From the NCBI GenBank assembly GCA_043753995.1, contig JAYUVP010000304.1:15032-79031 (forward strand): a stretch of 64,000 nt of DNA, written 5' to 3'. This stretch comes from Fibrobacterota bacterium. GTDB taxonomy: Bacteria > Fibrobacterota > Fibrobacteria > UBA11236. The notes under the pieces were generated by a model. It searched no databases. It was not told where the DNA came from and was given only the letters and a program-made list of their open reading frames with translations. Positions 19,964 to 30,285 of this stretch are shown here, one piece after another; positions within the stretch are counted from its first letter, which is position 1, and every line of letters starts with the position of its first letter. The position numbers and the translations under genes are program-made.

Positions 19964-20860
19964 TCAACGCTCTCTCCCACGGGCATCCTTCTCAGATTTA
20001 GGGCCGAAACGGCGCAGAGCCGACTTGATGGTCGAATGGTCCCACGAATTTTTTCGTCTGTGTTTCGACGCTGGTAACTGAAGTGTGGAAGTTGGTTCTT
20101 GAATATTCAATAAGTAAACCATACCTCCCCAGAGATGGTTTAAAAATGTCGAATCCGGTGCCCCGCGGTATGGAGGGGTAATATGGCCCATGGCAGTAGT
20201 CCAAGCCTTTCCGCCCAGGTAGCTGCAAGACCAAGTCATGGGGTGATCAGTTCCAGGCTTGCCTTTGGGAAAGCTCGACTCGTCTACCGTCGTCAGAATT
20301 CGCATGCTGGGATTGCTTGCCGAACGGGGATTAGCTCGAAACCCATAAATCTCATCTATACGGGACCATCGTTTCGGCATACCCTTGGTTGAAGGATCCG
20401 TCGAATCCTCAACAACTATCGTATGGGTCGTATTGGAATCTCCAGGCAGGCTTTGAAAATAAGCACCGCCGATCAGCTTTCCGTAAAAGACCCAATTCGT
20501 TTCCGCATCTAAGGCGGCATGGATAAATTGAGCGCTTCCACCCTTTTTAAACCAGGATTCAAAGGCATCTTGCTGGGAGTTGTTGAGAAAATCCCCGGTT
20601 GTCTTCAAGAAAATCACGGACTTATAGTGGGCTAATCCGGTATCTGATATCAAGGCGGCATTTTCCGATGTGTCAACCAGTAAACCCTTGGTTTCGTAAA
20701 ATTTTTTCAGAGCTGATCGAGTGTCGGCAATATTGTTTTCACGAGTTGAGGATGTCTTGGTGAAAATCAAGACCCGATCGGCGGCCAAAGCTACGCCGGA
20801 AGCTAGGAGGGTCACAATCCACCCGTGGCACCGAAACCGAGGACTCCTGTTTTCCATCAT
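19964..20860 (-). CDS. Secreted ThuA-like domain protein
   Basis: Signal peptide; VLIFTKT, FLxTTGD, DEIYGF, DHPMTW and TAMGH motifs; basic tail. Confidence 0.8.
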   Translation of the reverse strand: MMENRSPRFRCHGWIVTLLASGVALAADRVLIFTKTSSTRENNIADTRSALKKFYETKGLLVDTSENAALISDTGLAHYKSVIFLKTTGDFLNNSQQDAFESWFKKGGSAQFIHAALDAETNWVFYGKLIGGAYFQSLPGDSNTTHTIVVEDSTDPSTKGMPKRWSRIDEIYGFRANPRSASNPSMRILTTVDESSFPKGKPGTDHPMTWSCSYLGGKAWTTAMGHITPPYRGAPDSTFLNHLWGGMVYLLNIQEPTSTLQLPASKHRRKNSWDHSTIKSALRRFGPKSEKDARGRER

Positions 20861-20869
20861 TTCTCCAAT

Positions 20870-23800
20870 TCAGTTCGGTTCTGGGTCAAAGGATATCTGA
20901 TAAACCGACGCGGCTTTTGCCTTGGCCTCATCGGAAAAGCCGACATAGGGAACGCCGGTCGAGCTTATGGCCATTGAAATGTAGGATGCGCCCTTGGTGG
21001 TTAGACCGGGTTCTCCCGCATATTCCCAGGTTAAATGATGCCATCTCATAACGGAGAGGTTGCTGTTAACACCCTCACCAAAGGCAAAATACGGGATTCC
21101 ATTTTTGTCGATCGCAATCGCGTTAGACTGTGCGATGTCGTCTGAAAATCCAGGCTCGCCAACGTATTCCCAGGAGCTTTTCTGAAGGCGCATTACCGTC
21201 GCTCTATTGCCGTTTGCAAAGTCTTGAAATCCCACATAGGGAATGTCTTTGTCATCCGCAGCGATAACGGGCTGACTGATATAACCCGGCGTGAATCCCG
21301 CATTACCTAGAACGACCCACGATGTGCCATCGAACTTCATTGCCGTGAGTCGGTTCGTTTGTGTCTCGTCTTCAAATAAAACGATGAGGGTACCTGATGG
21401 GCTGACGGTGTGCTTTACGGCACCGACCTTACCCGGTGAAAAGCCGGGAGGGCCTAGGTCAACCCAATTGGTCCCATTGAATCGCATGGCGGAAGCTTTA
21501 GCGGAAGTGTCGCGGTAGGTCACAATGGGTGAGCCATCTTTTAAGATGCCCAGTTGAAGATCGCCTGCCATACCAGGAGTAAAACCTGGGGAGCCAATCA
21601 CGGCCCACGTTGAACCTGTATACTTCATCACAGTAGCCCGAAATTCAAGATCACCATCCAGGTAGGCCACCAAGGGCGAGCCTTGATTGTCGATTTGCAA
21701 GGTAGTGCCGAATACTCGGCCAGAAGAAAACCCAGCTGTGCCCACGAATTGCCACGAGAGACCGTTTAAGCGCATCACGGTCGCTTTCTCCTCGTTCATC
21801 GCATCTCGGAATGCAACATGGATCACGTTTTCTTTGTTTAAAGAAAGAGACAGATCGTAAACATTAGCGGGGGAAAAGCCGGTATTGCTTACCGGCCCTC
21901 GGATCGCGAGGGTTAATTCCCGAGAACCTGACGCGGACCAATTCCCCGCAGAATCTCGCTCTTGAACAAAAAGGGTGTGCGGGCCTTCCGAAAGTTGAGG
22001 GGAGGCGGTAAAGCGGGTGGCAATGGTTTCTGCCGCACCGGAGAGATCGGCATTATCCAGCTTGAATCTATAACTCGCAATTCCATCTCCTCCCGAAATC
22101 CAGCCCCAAGTTGGAGTGAGGCTATTCAACGGTGATTTGGGTAAGGCAAACAACATGGGTGTGCCTGGGGGCGTTCGGTCGATCTTAATTGAAGACGCAC
22201 TGACCTTTGACCAGTTTCCGGCGGAATCCCGCTCCCGCACATAGAGAACGTGAGCGCCGTCTTTCAGGCCCAATGGCGACACAAATGATTTTGCCTTTGT
22301 GGTCGAATCGCTTGAGGTGAAATCAGGGCTATCCAGTTTGGCCTGGAAAACTCCTAAATCTCCTTGGCCACCAGTGAGCCACGACCATGAGGGTTGGGCG
22401 TTATTCGTTAGGCTGCCGGTGGTGCTTGAAACAAGCGGTGGGTTCGGCGGTGTCGTGTCTATTCGTACGGCCGCAGAACCGCTAGAAGACCAGTTGCCAG
22501 CCAAGTCTTTTTCCTGCACAAAGAGGGTATGGGTTCCGATGCTGAGATCGGTGGCGGCTGTGAATGCCGTGTCCCTGGTTGCGATGGCATCGGAAAAATT
22601 TGCTGAGTCGAGCCGAATCCTAAACCGGCCGGAACCGCCGCCACTTCCGATCCACTTCCATTTAGGAGTGCGGGTATTCACCGGAGATTCGGCAAATACC
22701 ATTGGTCTTTCTGGGGCGGTTGTATCCAATTCAATGGTGATGGTGTCAAAGGCTGTTCGCCCTAAAACCGTTGTATCCACAAAAAGCCTGTTCTTGCCTT
22801 CGGATAGCCTGAATGTTTTTTGTCTCGGCGTTCCATTCACCGTGAATTGCACGGTTACGGGCGTGTAATTGATCAACGTGTCTTGGGTGGGAGATGTGAT
22901 TTCGATAGTCAAGGGCGGCGGCGGCTCAATGTCGCCGACTGAAATAAGGACAGCGACTAAATCGGAGTCTTGCCCATCAAATGCACGGAACGTAACTGAA
23001 CGGTTACCTGTCTGGTTGCCGCTGGGTGTCCACGAGAATGATTTGCCCAAGAAGGTCGCCCCATCGGGAAGTTCGCGAGCAGTAAAGGAAATTGTGTCGC
23101 CGTCGGCGTCGGTTGCTGCGATTTCGAAAGAAAGAGTTGCACCCGCATTGACCGTCTTGTTTCCTATTTCCGCCAGCTTAGGAGCGCGATTCTGATTTCG
23201 GATCGAGATCGAAAGTGTTTTTTCGACCTGGGTAGTTTCATCCTTGGCCCGAATGACGAGACGGTAAGGGTCCTTGCGGCTTTGGTCAAAGCCCGGTCGC
23301 CATGTGATCGTCCCTTGGCCGGGGCCGGGTTTATCAACCGTGACTATACAGCCCTTAGGCAATTCAGGGTTCCCTGAAATGAAAAGCTTGGGTGTTGTGC
23401 CATCGGGATCGGATGTGCTGATTAGGAGTGTCAGGGAGTCGTTTTCAAAAATTGTCGTGTCGGCGGTAAAGGAAAGAGTCGGCGGCCTGTTCACATTTCC
23501 GATGGATAGAATCACGGTCAGGGAGTCGGAGTCTTTTCCGTCATTGGCGCGAAACTTGATTGGATAGTTTCCTGTCTGTGTGGCATTGGGCGTCCAGTTG
23601 AACGCGCCTTGGATGAAAGTGGCCGTCTGGGGAAGTGTTGTTGTATCTACCGAAACGATAAGCCCGTCCGGGCCATCTGGATCGGTGGCGGTAACCTGGA
23701 AGGTAACGGGGCTCTCCGGTTGCCCCGTCTTGTTTTCAATGGGCGAGAGCTTCGGCGGGCGGTTCACGTTGATCACCTTCACACGGGTGATCTTTTCCAC

Positions 23801-24460
23801 CTTCTGGGTCGCCGAGGAATACACGAAGGTTACGGCATAGGGTTCGGCGCGGCCTTGCTCGAAGCCGGGCCGCCAAGTGAAATAGCCATCACCCGCATCG
23901 CGACCCGCCGTTTCAAGCACGGCACCGGAAATGGAATCCTTGAGAGTCAAGGTCGTGCTGCCAGCCCAGGGATTCCGAACGCTAACGCGGAAGTGGAGAA
24001 TGTCGTCTTCGTTGATGGCCGTGTCGGTGGGTGCTTGTATTTCGGGGATGCTTGGTGCGACCACAACCGTTTCCGGCGTGTCTCTCTTGATCGGTAAATC
24101 CTTCGATTGAGAGCCGGATTCAAGAAAGGTCACTTCCTTGTTAACCCCTACTTTTCCATCCTTGTAGCCAATGATTGTGATCGTGTACTCGCGTCCTACC
24201 CGAGGATCGAGAGGTAGCCCCTTGACTTGGTTGGAGTCCCGCAAAATGCCGTGGAAAACCTCCTGCGAGAATTTCCCATCCTTGCTGTGTACGGTCACGA
24301 TAAGAGAATCGAAGCGCAAAAGGCTGTCATTACTCTTGTCGATCTGCATGCTTAGCACATGCGCATTTTCCTCCGAGGTCGGACAGGCGACAAGGAAGAG
24401 ACCGACGACGAGGGAAAGCCCTAAAAGGATTCGGCTAAGTAGGTTGTGATTCATTCGCAT
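20870..24460 (-). CDS. Large lipoprotein adhesin: cadherin/Ig-like repeats and C-terminal beta-propeller
   Basis: Lipobox (LVAC); repeated NRxP..ATDxDG..WxP units; three GxHxLxVxExDxAGNWS units; repeats of VMxxxGxxWxxxGxxGF. Confidence 0.75.
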   Translation of the reverse strand: MRMNHNLLSRILLGLSLVVGLFLVACPTSEENAHVLSMQIDKSNDSLLRFDSLIVTVHSKDGKFSQEVFHGILRDSNQVKGLPLDPRVGREYTITIIGYKDGKVGVNKEVTFLESGSQSKDLPIKRDTPETVVVAPSIPEIQAPTDTAINEDDILHFRVSVRNPWAGSTTLTLKDSISGAVLETAGRDAGDGYFTWRPGFEQGRAEPYAVTFVYSSATQKVEKITRVKVINVNRPPKLSPIENKTGQPESPVTFQVTATDPDGPDGLIVSVDTTTLPQTATFIQGAFNWTPNATQTGNYPIKFRANDGKDSDSLTVILSIGNVNRPPTLSFTADTTIFENDSLTLLISTSDPDGTTPKLFISGNPELPKGCIVTVDKPGPGQGTITWRPGFDQSRKDPYRLVIRAKDETTQVEKTLSISIRNQNRAPKLAEIGNKTVNAGATLSFEIAATDADGDTISFTARELPDGATFLGKSFSWTPSGNQTGNRSVTFRAFDGQDSDLVAVLISVGDIEPPPPLTIEITSPTQDTLINYTPVTVQFTVNGTPRQKTFRLSEGKNRLFVDTTVLGRTAFDTITIELDTTAPERPMVFAESPVNTRTPKWKWIGSGGGSGRFRIRLDSANFSDAIATRDTAFTAATDLSIGTHTLFVQEKDLAGNWSSSGSAAVRIDTTPPNPPLVSSTTGSLTNNAQPSWSWLTGGQGDLGVFQAKLDSPDFTSSDSTTKAKSFVSPLGLKDGAHVLYVRERDSAGNWSKVSASSIKIDRTPPGTPMLFALPKSPLNSLTPTWGWISGGDGIASYRFKLDNADLSGAAETIATRFTASPQLSEGPHTLFVQERDSAGNWSASGSRELTLAIRGPVSNTGFSPANVYDLSLSLNKENVIHVAFRDAMNEEKATVMRLNGLSWQFVGTAGFSSGRVFGTTLQIDNQGSPLVAYLDGDLEFRATVMKYTGSTWAVIGSPGFTPGMAGDLQLGILKDGSPIVTYRDTSAKASAMRFNGTNWVDLGPPGFSPGKVGAVKHTVSPSGTLIVLFEDETQTNRLTAMKFDGTSWVVLGNAGFTPGYISQPVIAADDKDIPYVGFQDFANGNRATVMRLQKSSWEYVGEPGFSDDIAQSNAIAIDKNGIPYFAFGEGVNSNLSVMRWHHLTWEYAGEPGLTTKGASYISMAISSTGVPYVGFSDEAKAKAASVYQISFDPEPN

Positions 24461-25059
24461 TAGGGTTTTATCCGGTCATCATGGGTGACGGGTTCGTCGG
24501 ATTCATTCATCAAGACATACAAGGTGGTTCCGACGGCGGCGCTAAGGCCAATACCACCCGCCGTCCACCAAATCCAATTCGAAGACTTCTTCTTTGTTCC
24601 TTTTGCGGTCTTGGTTCCTGCGGCTGTTTCATTGCCCACGACATCATGGCCCTGAACATATTCCTGGTGCTTCAGGTGGTTTAGTTTCACGCTCTTGAAA
24701 ATGGCGTCAACATTGTCGCTAATATAGAGATCGACCAATTCAATGGACGGTTTCAACTTCAAGAGTTGAATCATGTAGCTCTCAGCTTTCAGCCTTGTGG
24801 CTGAATCTGAGGCATATATCACGCTGAGGTATTTGAAAACGAAGATGCTGTCTTCGCGGGTTTTCGGGGCGAATCTTGCCCGCCATTCCTCCAAGGCAAG
24901 CGTTGCTTGCTGGAAATCGCCTTCAAAGAATGCGCTGTTGATTGTGTCTCTATCCAGCGATCCATTGGATTTGAACCCGAATTCCGCATTTGCGGCGGGA
25001 GCGAGTAGGCAAAAGCCAACTAGCAGGGCGAGCTTGAAAAATGGGGCCATCAGGGGCAA
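24460..25059 (-). CDS. Hypothetical exported protein with C-terminal TM segment
   Basis: Signal peptide, helical core, WIWWTAGGIGL TM segment; coupled to the adhesin gene. Confidence 0.65.
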   Translation of the reverse strand: MPLMAPFFKLALLVGFCLLAPAANAEFGFKSNGSLDRDTINSAFFEGDFQQATLALEEWRARFAPKTREDSIFVFKYLSVIYASDSATRLKAESYMIQLLKLKPSIELVDLYISDNVDAIFKSVKLNHLKHQEYVQGHDVVGNETAAGTKTAKGTKKKSSNWIWWTAGGIGLSAAVGTTLYVLMNESDEPVTHDDRIKP

Positions 25060-25222
25060 AAGCTACTTTTTCCATGGTTCGCCCTATGGCGGGGAAGCGG
25101 CTGGATGGCATTGCGAATGCCGGTTACACTTCACCGATTTGAATCGTCCAAGCGCGTACTTTTATGGTTCTAATGTGATTTACTGGCCTTTCAAGTAGAC
25201 CGATGAACAAAAACAAACTTCG

Positions 25223-27670
25223 ATGACCTCATACCTCAAACCCAGTGATCTATCCGGCGGTGACCTCTTGGGTTTGGGGAAACCCGATTTCCCATCAGGG
25301 CAAGCGCCTTCTGATATTTTCACCAAGCCGAAGAGCGGCGGCGGCCTAGGTGGTGGTGGCAGTCTAGCCGGTCAACGTGCCCGCGACGATGCGAAGAAAA
25401 CGCAAGAAGCGAAAGATTGGAATGAAGCGACGGCGGGTATCGACCCGCCTCCTCAGCAAGCGACGCGGTCTTCAGGTATAAAGCCTCGCCTAGCCCGCGT
25501 GCGCTTTCTCGGCAAAGATCATCGAGTCGGCGATATGGTAGGGGTAGCCTGCGATACCTTAGACGGAGCAACGGCCCAAGGCGTCGTGTTCACCGTACTT
25601 GGCAAAGACGCCAAGGGTGAGTGGGCCGACCGTGATAGGGTGACCGGCCAAAAGGCATCCCAAGGCAGCGGGGCCGAAATGCTGCTCAATAAGCCCTATG
25701 ACCAAGGCGATAATACTCCCATCACCTTCAAGGTGAAAGCCACCCACCAGGGGGCCGAAACCGTTGAAAGCGCACCCATCACCGCCGAACCCGAAGAAGA
25801 TTTCGACGGCATTCTGTATTACTCGCCAAAGCGTGAGGCCTATCTCTTGCTCGAATCGCAAGACGAGGCGTTGCCCTTTCTCGAAAAGATGCAGCAAATG
25901 CACGACTTGAATGAGGCTCGCCTTTCGGCCTGGCGGGAACCTGACTTGCAAAAGCGCAATGTATGGCTTGAAGAGGTAGAGAAGAAAACCGATGCCATGT
26001 TCGGCGGCAAGGCCAATGTCAAAGCCGACAAGGCCTTTGAAGAATTGATTCAGGTTCAGGGTAATAAGGCTTGGGGCAAGAGCCATGAATGGGCTTATCT
26101 ACCTGACGAACAAAGTCAAAAAGGGCGCTGGGTCGAGAAGAAGGCCCCTGAGGTCGTCAAGAAGCTTGAGAAGGTGCGTCAGAAGGTCATCAAGCAAAGC
26201 AATAAGCGAAGCCAGGCGCGATATGCCGAGCAAAAGCAAAAGGGGCAACAACAAAGTCAGAATCAAGCCAAGAAAAACGAATCCGATGACAGCAAGGCTC
26301 CTATCTGGAAAGGCAGCCTCAAAGCTCAACTCTTCGAAAAAGAGATCGAACCTTACAAGTACTGGGAATGGGCGGCGTATCACAAGAAGAAAGATTTTCT
26401 GAAAAAGGCCGACGGCAGCGATAACCCGTATTTCGATTTCAGTGGCGAAGCCGCCGTCATGCGTTTTATTGCGGGTTGGAGCGGCCCCGAAATTGATTTC
26501 AAGCCGCATAAGGGCACCCTCACCCTTGGGGCATCGGGTGCTGTTTCATTCGCGGTTCGTGAGGGCAAGCTCTCGGGCAGCGTGAGTTGGCCTTCTGAAA
26601 AAGGCGTGAATATGCTGGGCTTTCTCGGTGAGATCAAGCATAAAGAAAGCTTCATCGAAAAAGGGCGTGGCGTTTTCATGCGCCTGCATTTGTCGGGTGT
26701 GGCCTCTTATTTCGAAGGCGTGTCGATCAAGGGCGCATTGGCTTTTCCCAAGATCGACTTCTCAAAGGCGAACGTGAAGAAAGAGGACAAGGGAAGCGAT
26801 GCTACGGCCAGCAAGCGCAAGAACGAAGTGGGCGCGAAGGCCAGTATCCACGGGCTGGTAGGCGCTCAAGCCAAGGTCGAGGGGTCTTTGGCCGTGCAAT
26901 GGCACATGGCAGGTGCAAGCAAGTTCGATACCTTGGCGGAGGTGAAAGGCGAGGCCGCAGGTACCTCCGGATTTGCAGCCAAGTTTGAAATGGAGATCGC
27001 TTACTCGAATGGCAAGTTCATTTTCAAGGCTTCGGCTGGTTTGGCCAAGGGTCTGGGTGGTGAGGGCGGCTATTCCTATGAAGTGGGTTTTGACGAAGGG
27101 GTTGTGCTCATTGGCTATTTGCTTGATAGCGTGAATTGGCATTACATCAAGGCCATTCAGATAGAGGCATTCAACGCCTACACCGATTACACTTTTGCCA
27201 TGATGGTCGAGGGTGTGGATGCGGTGAAAGAGAATGCCACGGATGCTGTCGCCAGAGTCGAGAATTTTACCGGGTGGTTTAGTAAGGAAGCTACTCGAAA
27301 AATGACATCGATCAAGTCGTACATACGCAGTTTTGCCGACAAGGTGCACCTTATGCGCCGTTCATCACCCGAGGCCTTAGGACGTGCCTTGAATGTGCTC
27401 ATGCGCACCCGCGAGGATGATGACTTCGAACACATCCTGTATATCCTCAAGTTTGCCCAAAGTGATCACAAGCTGCGGTGGATCGTGCGCGAGATACCCC
27501 AGGTGGCATTGCCGCCGGAAACGGCTCCGAACTATGAGTCAGAGAAAGAGCGGTTGTATCAGGAGGGGAAGAAGATGTTGTTTGTGTTCGGTATGGGTGA
27601 CGGAACCCCGAAGGCAAAACCAAATGAAAACTACCTGTCAAAGCTACAAGTGATTCTGGGGGCTCCATGA
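25223..27670 (+). CDS. Hypothetical protein, putative toxin/effector
   Basis: 815-aa ORF with a Gly/Ala-rich amphipathic beta-type C-terminal region; ATGA overlap with a MORN-variant lipoprotein gene. Confidence 0.5.
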   Translation: MTSYLKPSDLSGGDLLGLGKPDFPSGQAPSDIFTKPKSGGGLGGGGSLAGQRARDDAKKTQEAKDWNEATAGIDPPPQQATRSSGIKPRLARVRFLGKDHRVGDMVGVACDTLDGATAQGVVFTVLGKDAKGEWADRDRVTGQKASQGSGAEMLLNKPYDQGDNTPITFKVKATHQGAETVESAPITAEPEEDFDGILYYSPKREAYLLLESQDEALPFLEKMQQMHDLNEARLSAWREPDLQKRNVWLEEVEKKTDAMFGGKANVKADKAFEELIQVQGNKAWGKSHEWAYLPDEQSQKGRWVEKKAPEVVKKLEKVRQKVIKQSNKRSQARYAEQKQKGQQQSQNQAKKNESDDSKAPIWKGSLKAQLFEKEIEPYKYWEWAAYHKKKDFLKKADGSDNPYFDFSGEAAVMRFIAGWSGPEIDFKPHKGTLTLGASGAVSFAVREGKLSGSVSWPSEKGVNMLGFLGEIKHKESFIEKGRGVFMRLHLSGVASYFEGVSIKGALAFPKIDFSKANVKKEDKGSDATASKRKNEVGAKASIHGLVGAQAKVEGSLAVQWHMAGASKFDTLAEVKGEAAGTSGFAAKFEMEIAYSNGKFIFKASAGLAKGLGGEGGYSYEVGFDEGVVLIGYLLDSVNWHYIKAIQIEAFNAYTDYTFAMMVEGVDAVKENATDAVARVENFTGWFSKEATRKMTSIKSYIRSFADKVHLMRRSSPEALGRALNVLMRTREDDDFEHILYILKFAQSDHKLRWIVREIPQVALPPETAPNYESEKERLYQEGKKMLFVFGMGDGTPKAKPNENYLSKLQVILGAP

Positions 27671-28422
27671 AATGGGTAGGACTCATACTGGCGATGACGG
27701 CCATAAGCTGTTTCCCTGCTGGAAAGAAATATCCGAACGAATGCGAGAAGCGCAGGTTTTCTCGGCACAATGGAAAACCGACGGAAATTGTGACCACCTG
27801 CATTTACGAAGCCAAATTTGTGACGGAATACTATAAGGGCAAGAAAAACGGCAACCAGGTTGCCTTTGTCAACGGCGTGAAACGGTCAGAGACCCATTTT
27901 TTAAACGACAAAGAGCACGGTCTAGTTCAAATCTTCGACAGCCTCGGCAATGTGACCGGCATCGAGCATTTTCACAACGGCAAGCAGGTGGGCGAAATAC
28001 GACGATGGCACCGCCCCGATCAGTTGAGCGAGGTTATTCAATACGACAGCTTGGGCCGCAAAAATGGCTTGTGGCAGGCCTGGTGGCCAGATGGCAAACT
28101 GATCCAGGAGTCGCACTATGTCGCCAACATTTGCACCCTAACCACTGAGTACTACCGCAATGGAAGAAAGCGCTATTACGAGCGCTTGCCACTAAAGGAA
28201 TCAACAGGGATTATGTCTGAAAAGCTCATCGATGCCGAAAGCTGGTCTTGGTCGGGTAAGTCGATTGCGAAAGTGGTTTCTGGCACCGGCGTCCTCATTA
28301 CCTTGCCTCAAAACTTTGAGGATAGCGCAACCCCGTGGGTGGCCTATCGTGCCGACTATAAAGACAGCATCGTCATTAAACTCACCGAACTCGACTCGGT
28401 CACCATTCAGAAATACAAGTAA
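27667..28422 (+). CDS. MORN-variant repeat (YwqK-like) lipoprotein, putative immunity protein
   Basis: Lipobox-like AISC; repeats KNGNQ, EHGLV, QVGEI, KNGLW. Confidence 0.7.
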   Translation: MKWVGLILAMTAISCFPAGKKYPNECEKRRFSRHNGKPTEIVTTCIYEAKFVTEYYKGKKNGNQVAFVNGVKRSETHFLNDKEHGLVQIFDSLGNVTGIEHFHNGKQVGEIRRWHRPDQLSEVIQYDSLGRKNGLWQAWWPDGKLIQESHYVANICTLTTEYYRNGRKRYYERLPLKESTGIMSEKLIDAESWSWSGKSIAKVVSGTGVLITLPQNFEDSATPWVAYRADYKDSIVIKLTELDSVTIQKYK

Positions 28423-28449
28423 CTCATGCGAAATCTTCTATTCATCCTC

Positions 28450-28505
28450 TCCCCGTTGCGCGGGGACGGCACCCGGTAGGCGCTTCATTACGTTTGCCGG
28501 GTGCC
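28450..28505. terminator. Two GC-rich hairpins between convergent genes
   Basis: TCCCCG..CGGGGA and GGCACCCGG..CCGGGTGCC stems; no clear U tract. Confidence 0.35.
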
Positions 28506-28604
28506 AACAAATTGAAGCGAACCTAAAGCCGCCTTATCGCCGTGATCAGTCGTTGACTATGTCTTGATGGTTCTGCGTAGAACCCCGTTTTCGTCCGGTG
28601 AAGG

Positions 28605-29399
28605 TCAGCGGATGGCAATAATCGTATCTAAAACAGTATCGATTTTTCCTTCGTCCGTCAGGCGGTTGCCCGTTCCTCTGAGCTTCAAAGTATCGGGTAA
28701 CGTCTCGCCTTCATTAAGGATTTCATATTTGAAGCCGTAGCAAGTATTCGCGGTGGAATCACAACTCCCAGCATTGTCTCCATAAAGATCAATGAGTGTT
28801 GTTTGTGGCGGCGACTCCAAGGACGTGAGCTTAATACCCGAAATAATTTCTCCAAAGTGTAGGCTGTTGAATTCCGTGCGCAGGAAAATCCTGCCCTTGG
28901 TATCATGGGTGATTCGGATGCCCTCGGGTGATTTGCCATACTCCCCAAACTCGCCCAGATCAGGAATGAAGCGAATATCCGCGCGCTTGCTTCCTACGAT
29001 AGCAGCGCTCAGCGTCGGCGAGCAAGCGTGGCACTCACTCCGATCTGAATTTTCGATGATAAATACGGTGCTAGAATCACTCAGCTTTTGTTCCAGCAAG
29101 ATCCGTGAATAAACCGTACCCTCGATCCTTTTCAAAGGATTGTCCGCCGCCGGAGTCCAGGCTGTATGCGGTGAACCGCAACCTGAATAAGCCGTATCGC
29201 TTCCGATGCAAACATGAAGCGGTGCGCCATGGGAGTGTTTAATCAGCACATCGACGGCGAGCGGCACTGATGGCGAGTTGGGTGGTACCGGCTTCGGCTC
29301 CCGGCATTGGGTCACCGCCATGAAAAGGGCCAGTGAAAACGCTAGGCCAAGGATCGCAGGTTTCGACTTTTGCCGATTGAATATCATCTGATTGTCCAT
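28605..29399 (-). CDS. Hypothetical lipoprotein
   Basis: Hydrophobic leader ending VTQC; directly downstream of the XRE gene. Confidence 0.6.
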   Translation of the reverse strand: MDNQMIFNRQKSKPAILGLAFSLALFMAVTQCREPKPVPPNSPSVPLAVDVLIKHSHGAPLHVCIGSDTAYSGCGSPHTAWTPAADNPLKRIEGTVYSRILLEQKLSDSSTVFIIENSDRSECHACSPTLSAAIVGSKRADIRFIPDLGEFGEYGKSPEGIRITHDTKGRIFLRTEFNSLHFGEIISGIKLTSLESPPQTTLIDLYGDNAGSCDSTANTCYGFKYEILNEGETLPDTLKLRGTGNRLTDEGKIDTVLDTIIAIR

Positions 29400-29413
29400 T
29401 GCCGAGAGTCGCC

Positions 29414-29812
29414 CTACCGGGCGGCTTTTTTATTTGCGGGCTTTTTGCTGGGTGCTTTCGCCTCGCGTCTGCCCTGGCCCGTATGAGCCGTATAGCCTTC
29501 GATCAGCTTGAGAAAGGCCCGCTGTTCGTTCGACGGCAGCTTGGCAAAAATTTCCTGTATCCTCGCCATGCGGCTATTGCCGTGAAAGAGCCGATTCGGT
29601 TCGGTCTTTAGAGGTTCACCTATGCCGAGCAATTGATTGGGGGTAACGCCAAGGATCTTGCCGATCTCAATGAGCTTTTGAATCGAAGGGTAAGCTACTC
29701 CTTGCTCATAGCGGGTTATGAGTTGTTGAACCACGCCCAAGGCCTCGGCCATTTGGACTTGGGTTAAGCCCTTGGCTTGCCGTAGCTTGCGAATGTTTGC
29801 TCCGAGTTCCAC
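29414..29812 (-). CDS. XRE family HTH repressor of the island
   Basis: LGANIRKLRQAKGLTQ...ITRYEQG HTH_3; divergent from the primase operon. Confidence 0.9.
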   Translation of the reverse strand: MELGANIRKLRQAKGLTQVQMAEALGVVQQLITRYEQGVAYPSIQKLIEIGKILGVTPNQLLGIGEPLKTEPNRLFHGNSRMARIQEIFAKLPSNEQRAFLKLIEGYTAHTGQGRREAKAPSKKPANKKAAR

Positions 29813-29851
29813 GAAGCAAAAGGTAGGGTGGGGTTTCGTGGGGCCTTCCGA

Positions 29852-29872
29852 AATACTATCCTAAGTAGTATT
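29852..29872. promoter_or_regulatory. Palindromic operator candidate
   Basis: AATACTA-N7-TAGTATT between the divergent XRE gene and primase operon. Confidence 0.55.
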
Positions 29873-29919
29873 ATGATCTATCTTAAAAAACTTACGATCA
29901 CCCCTTGACACCCCTCCCG

Positions 29920-30285
29920 ATGAACCCACCCACAGGCACCCCCCAGACCCCCGGCGAGCCCCGCCCCAAGGACGACCTGCTGGTCTTGATTGCCGATCTC
30001 CACTTGGGGGCCTTCCTCATGTGCAAGGGCGTGCCCTTCAAAGGCCTGCAATTCGACGTGCGGGGCCGCGCAACCCTCATGTTCGAGGGCCGCGAAGCCA
30101 TCCGGCTTCGAGCGGCCTATCACCAGGATGAAGTCAGCGTTCACCTTCCCAAGTTCAAAGGGGCCTACAACGCCCTGCGTGACTTGCTCTGTGCAAAACC
30201 CGAAGATACCCGTAACCCCGAAGGTACCCATGCCCATACCCGAAGCCCTCTTGCAGAAGGTCAAGGCCGAAACCAATCTGCTTGA
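29920..30285 (+). CDS. Small DUF5659-like putative DNA-binding protein
   Basis: DLxLGAFLMxKG...FxG...Y...V...F..AY..LRDLL pattern; first gene of the primase operon. Confidence 0.5.
   Translation: MNPPTGTPQTPGEPRPKDDLLVLIADLHLGAFLMCKGVPFKGLQFDVRGRATLMFEGREAIRLRAAYHQDEVSVHLPKFKGAYNALRDLLCAKPEDTRNPEGTHAHTRSPLAEGQGRNQSA

Noticed and set aside
29408..29432. Terminator-like hairpin plus T run on the + strand
   Set aside because: Overlaps the KKAAR codons of the minus-strand XRE gene and faces the wrong way for local genes
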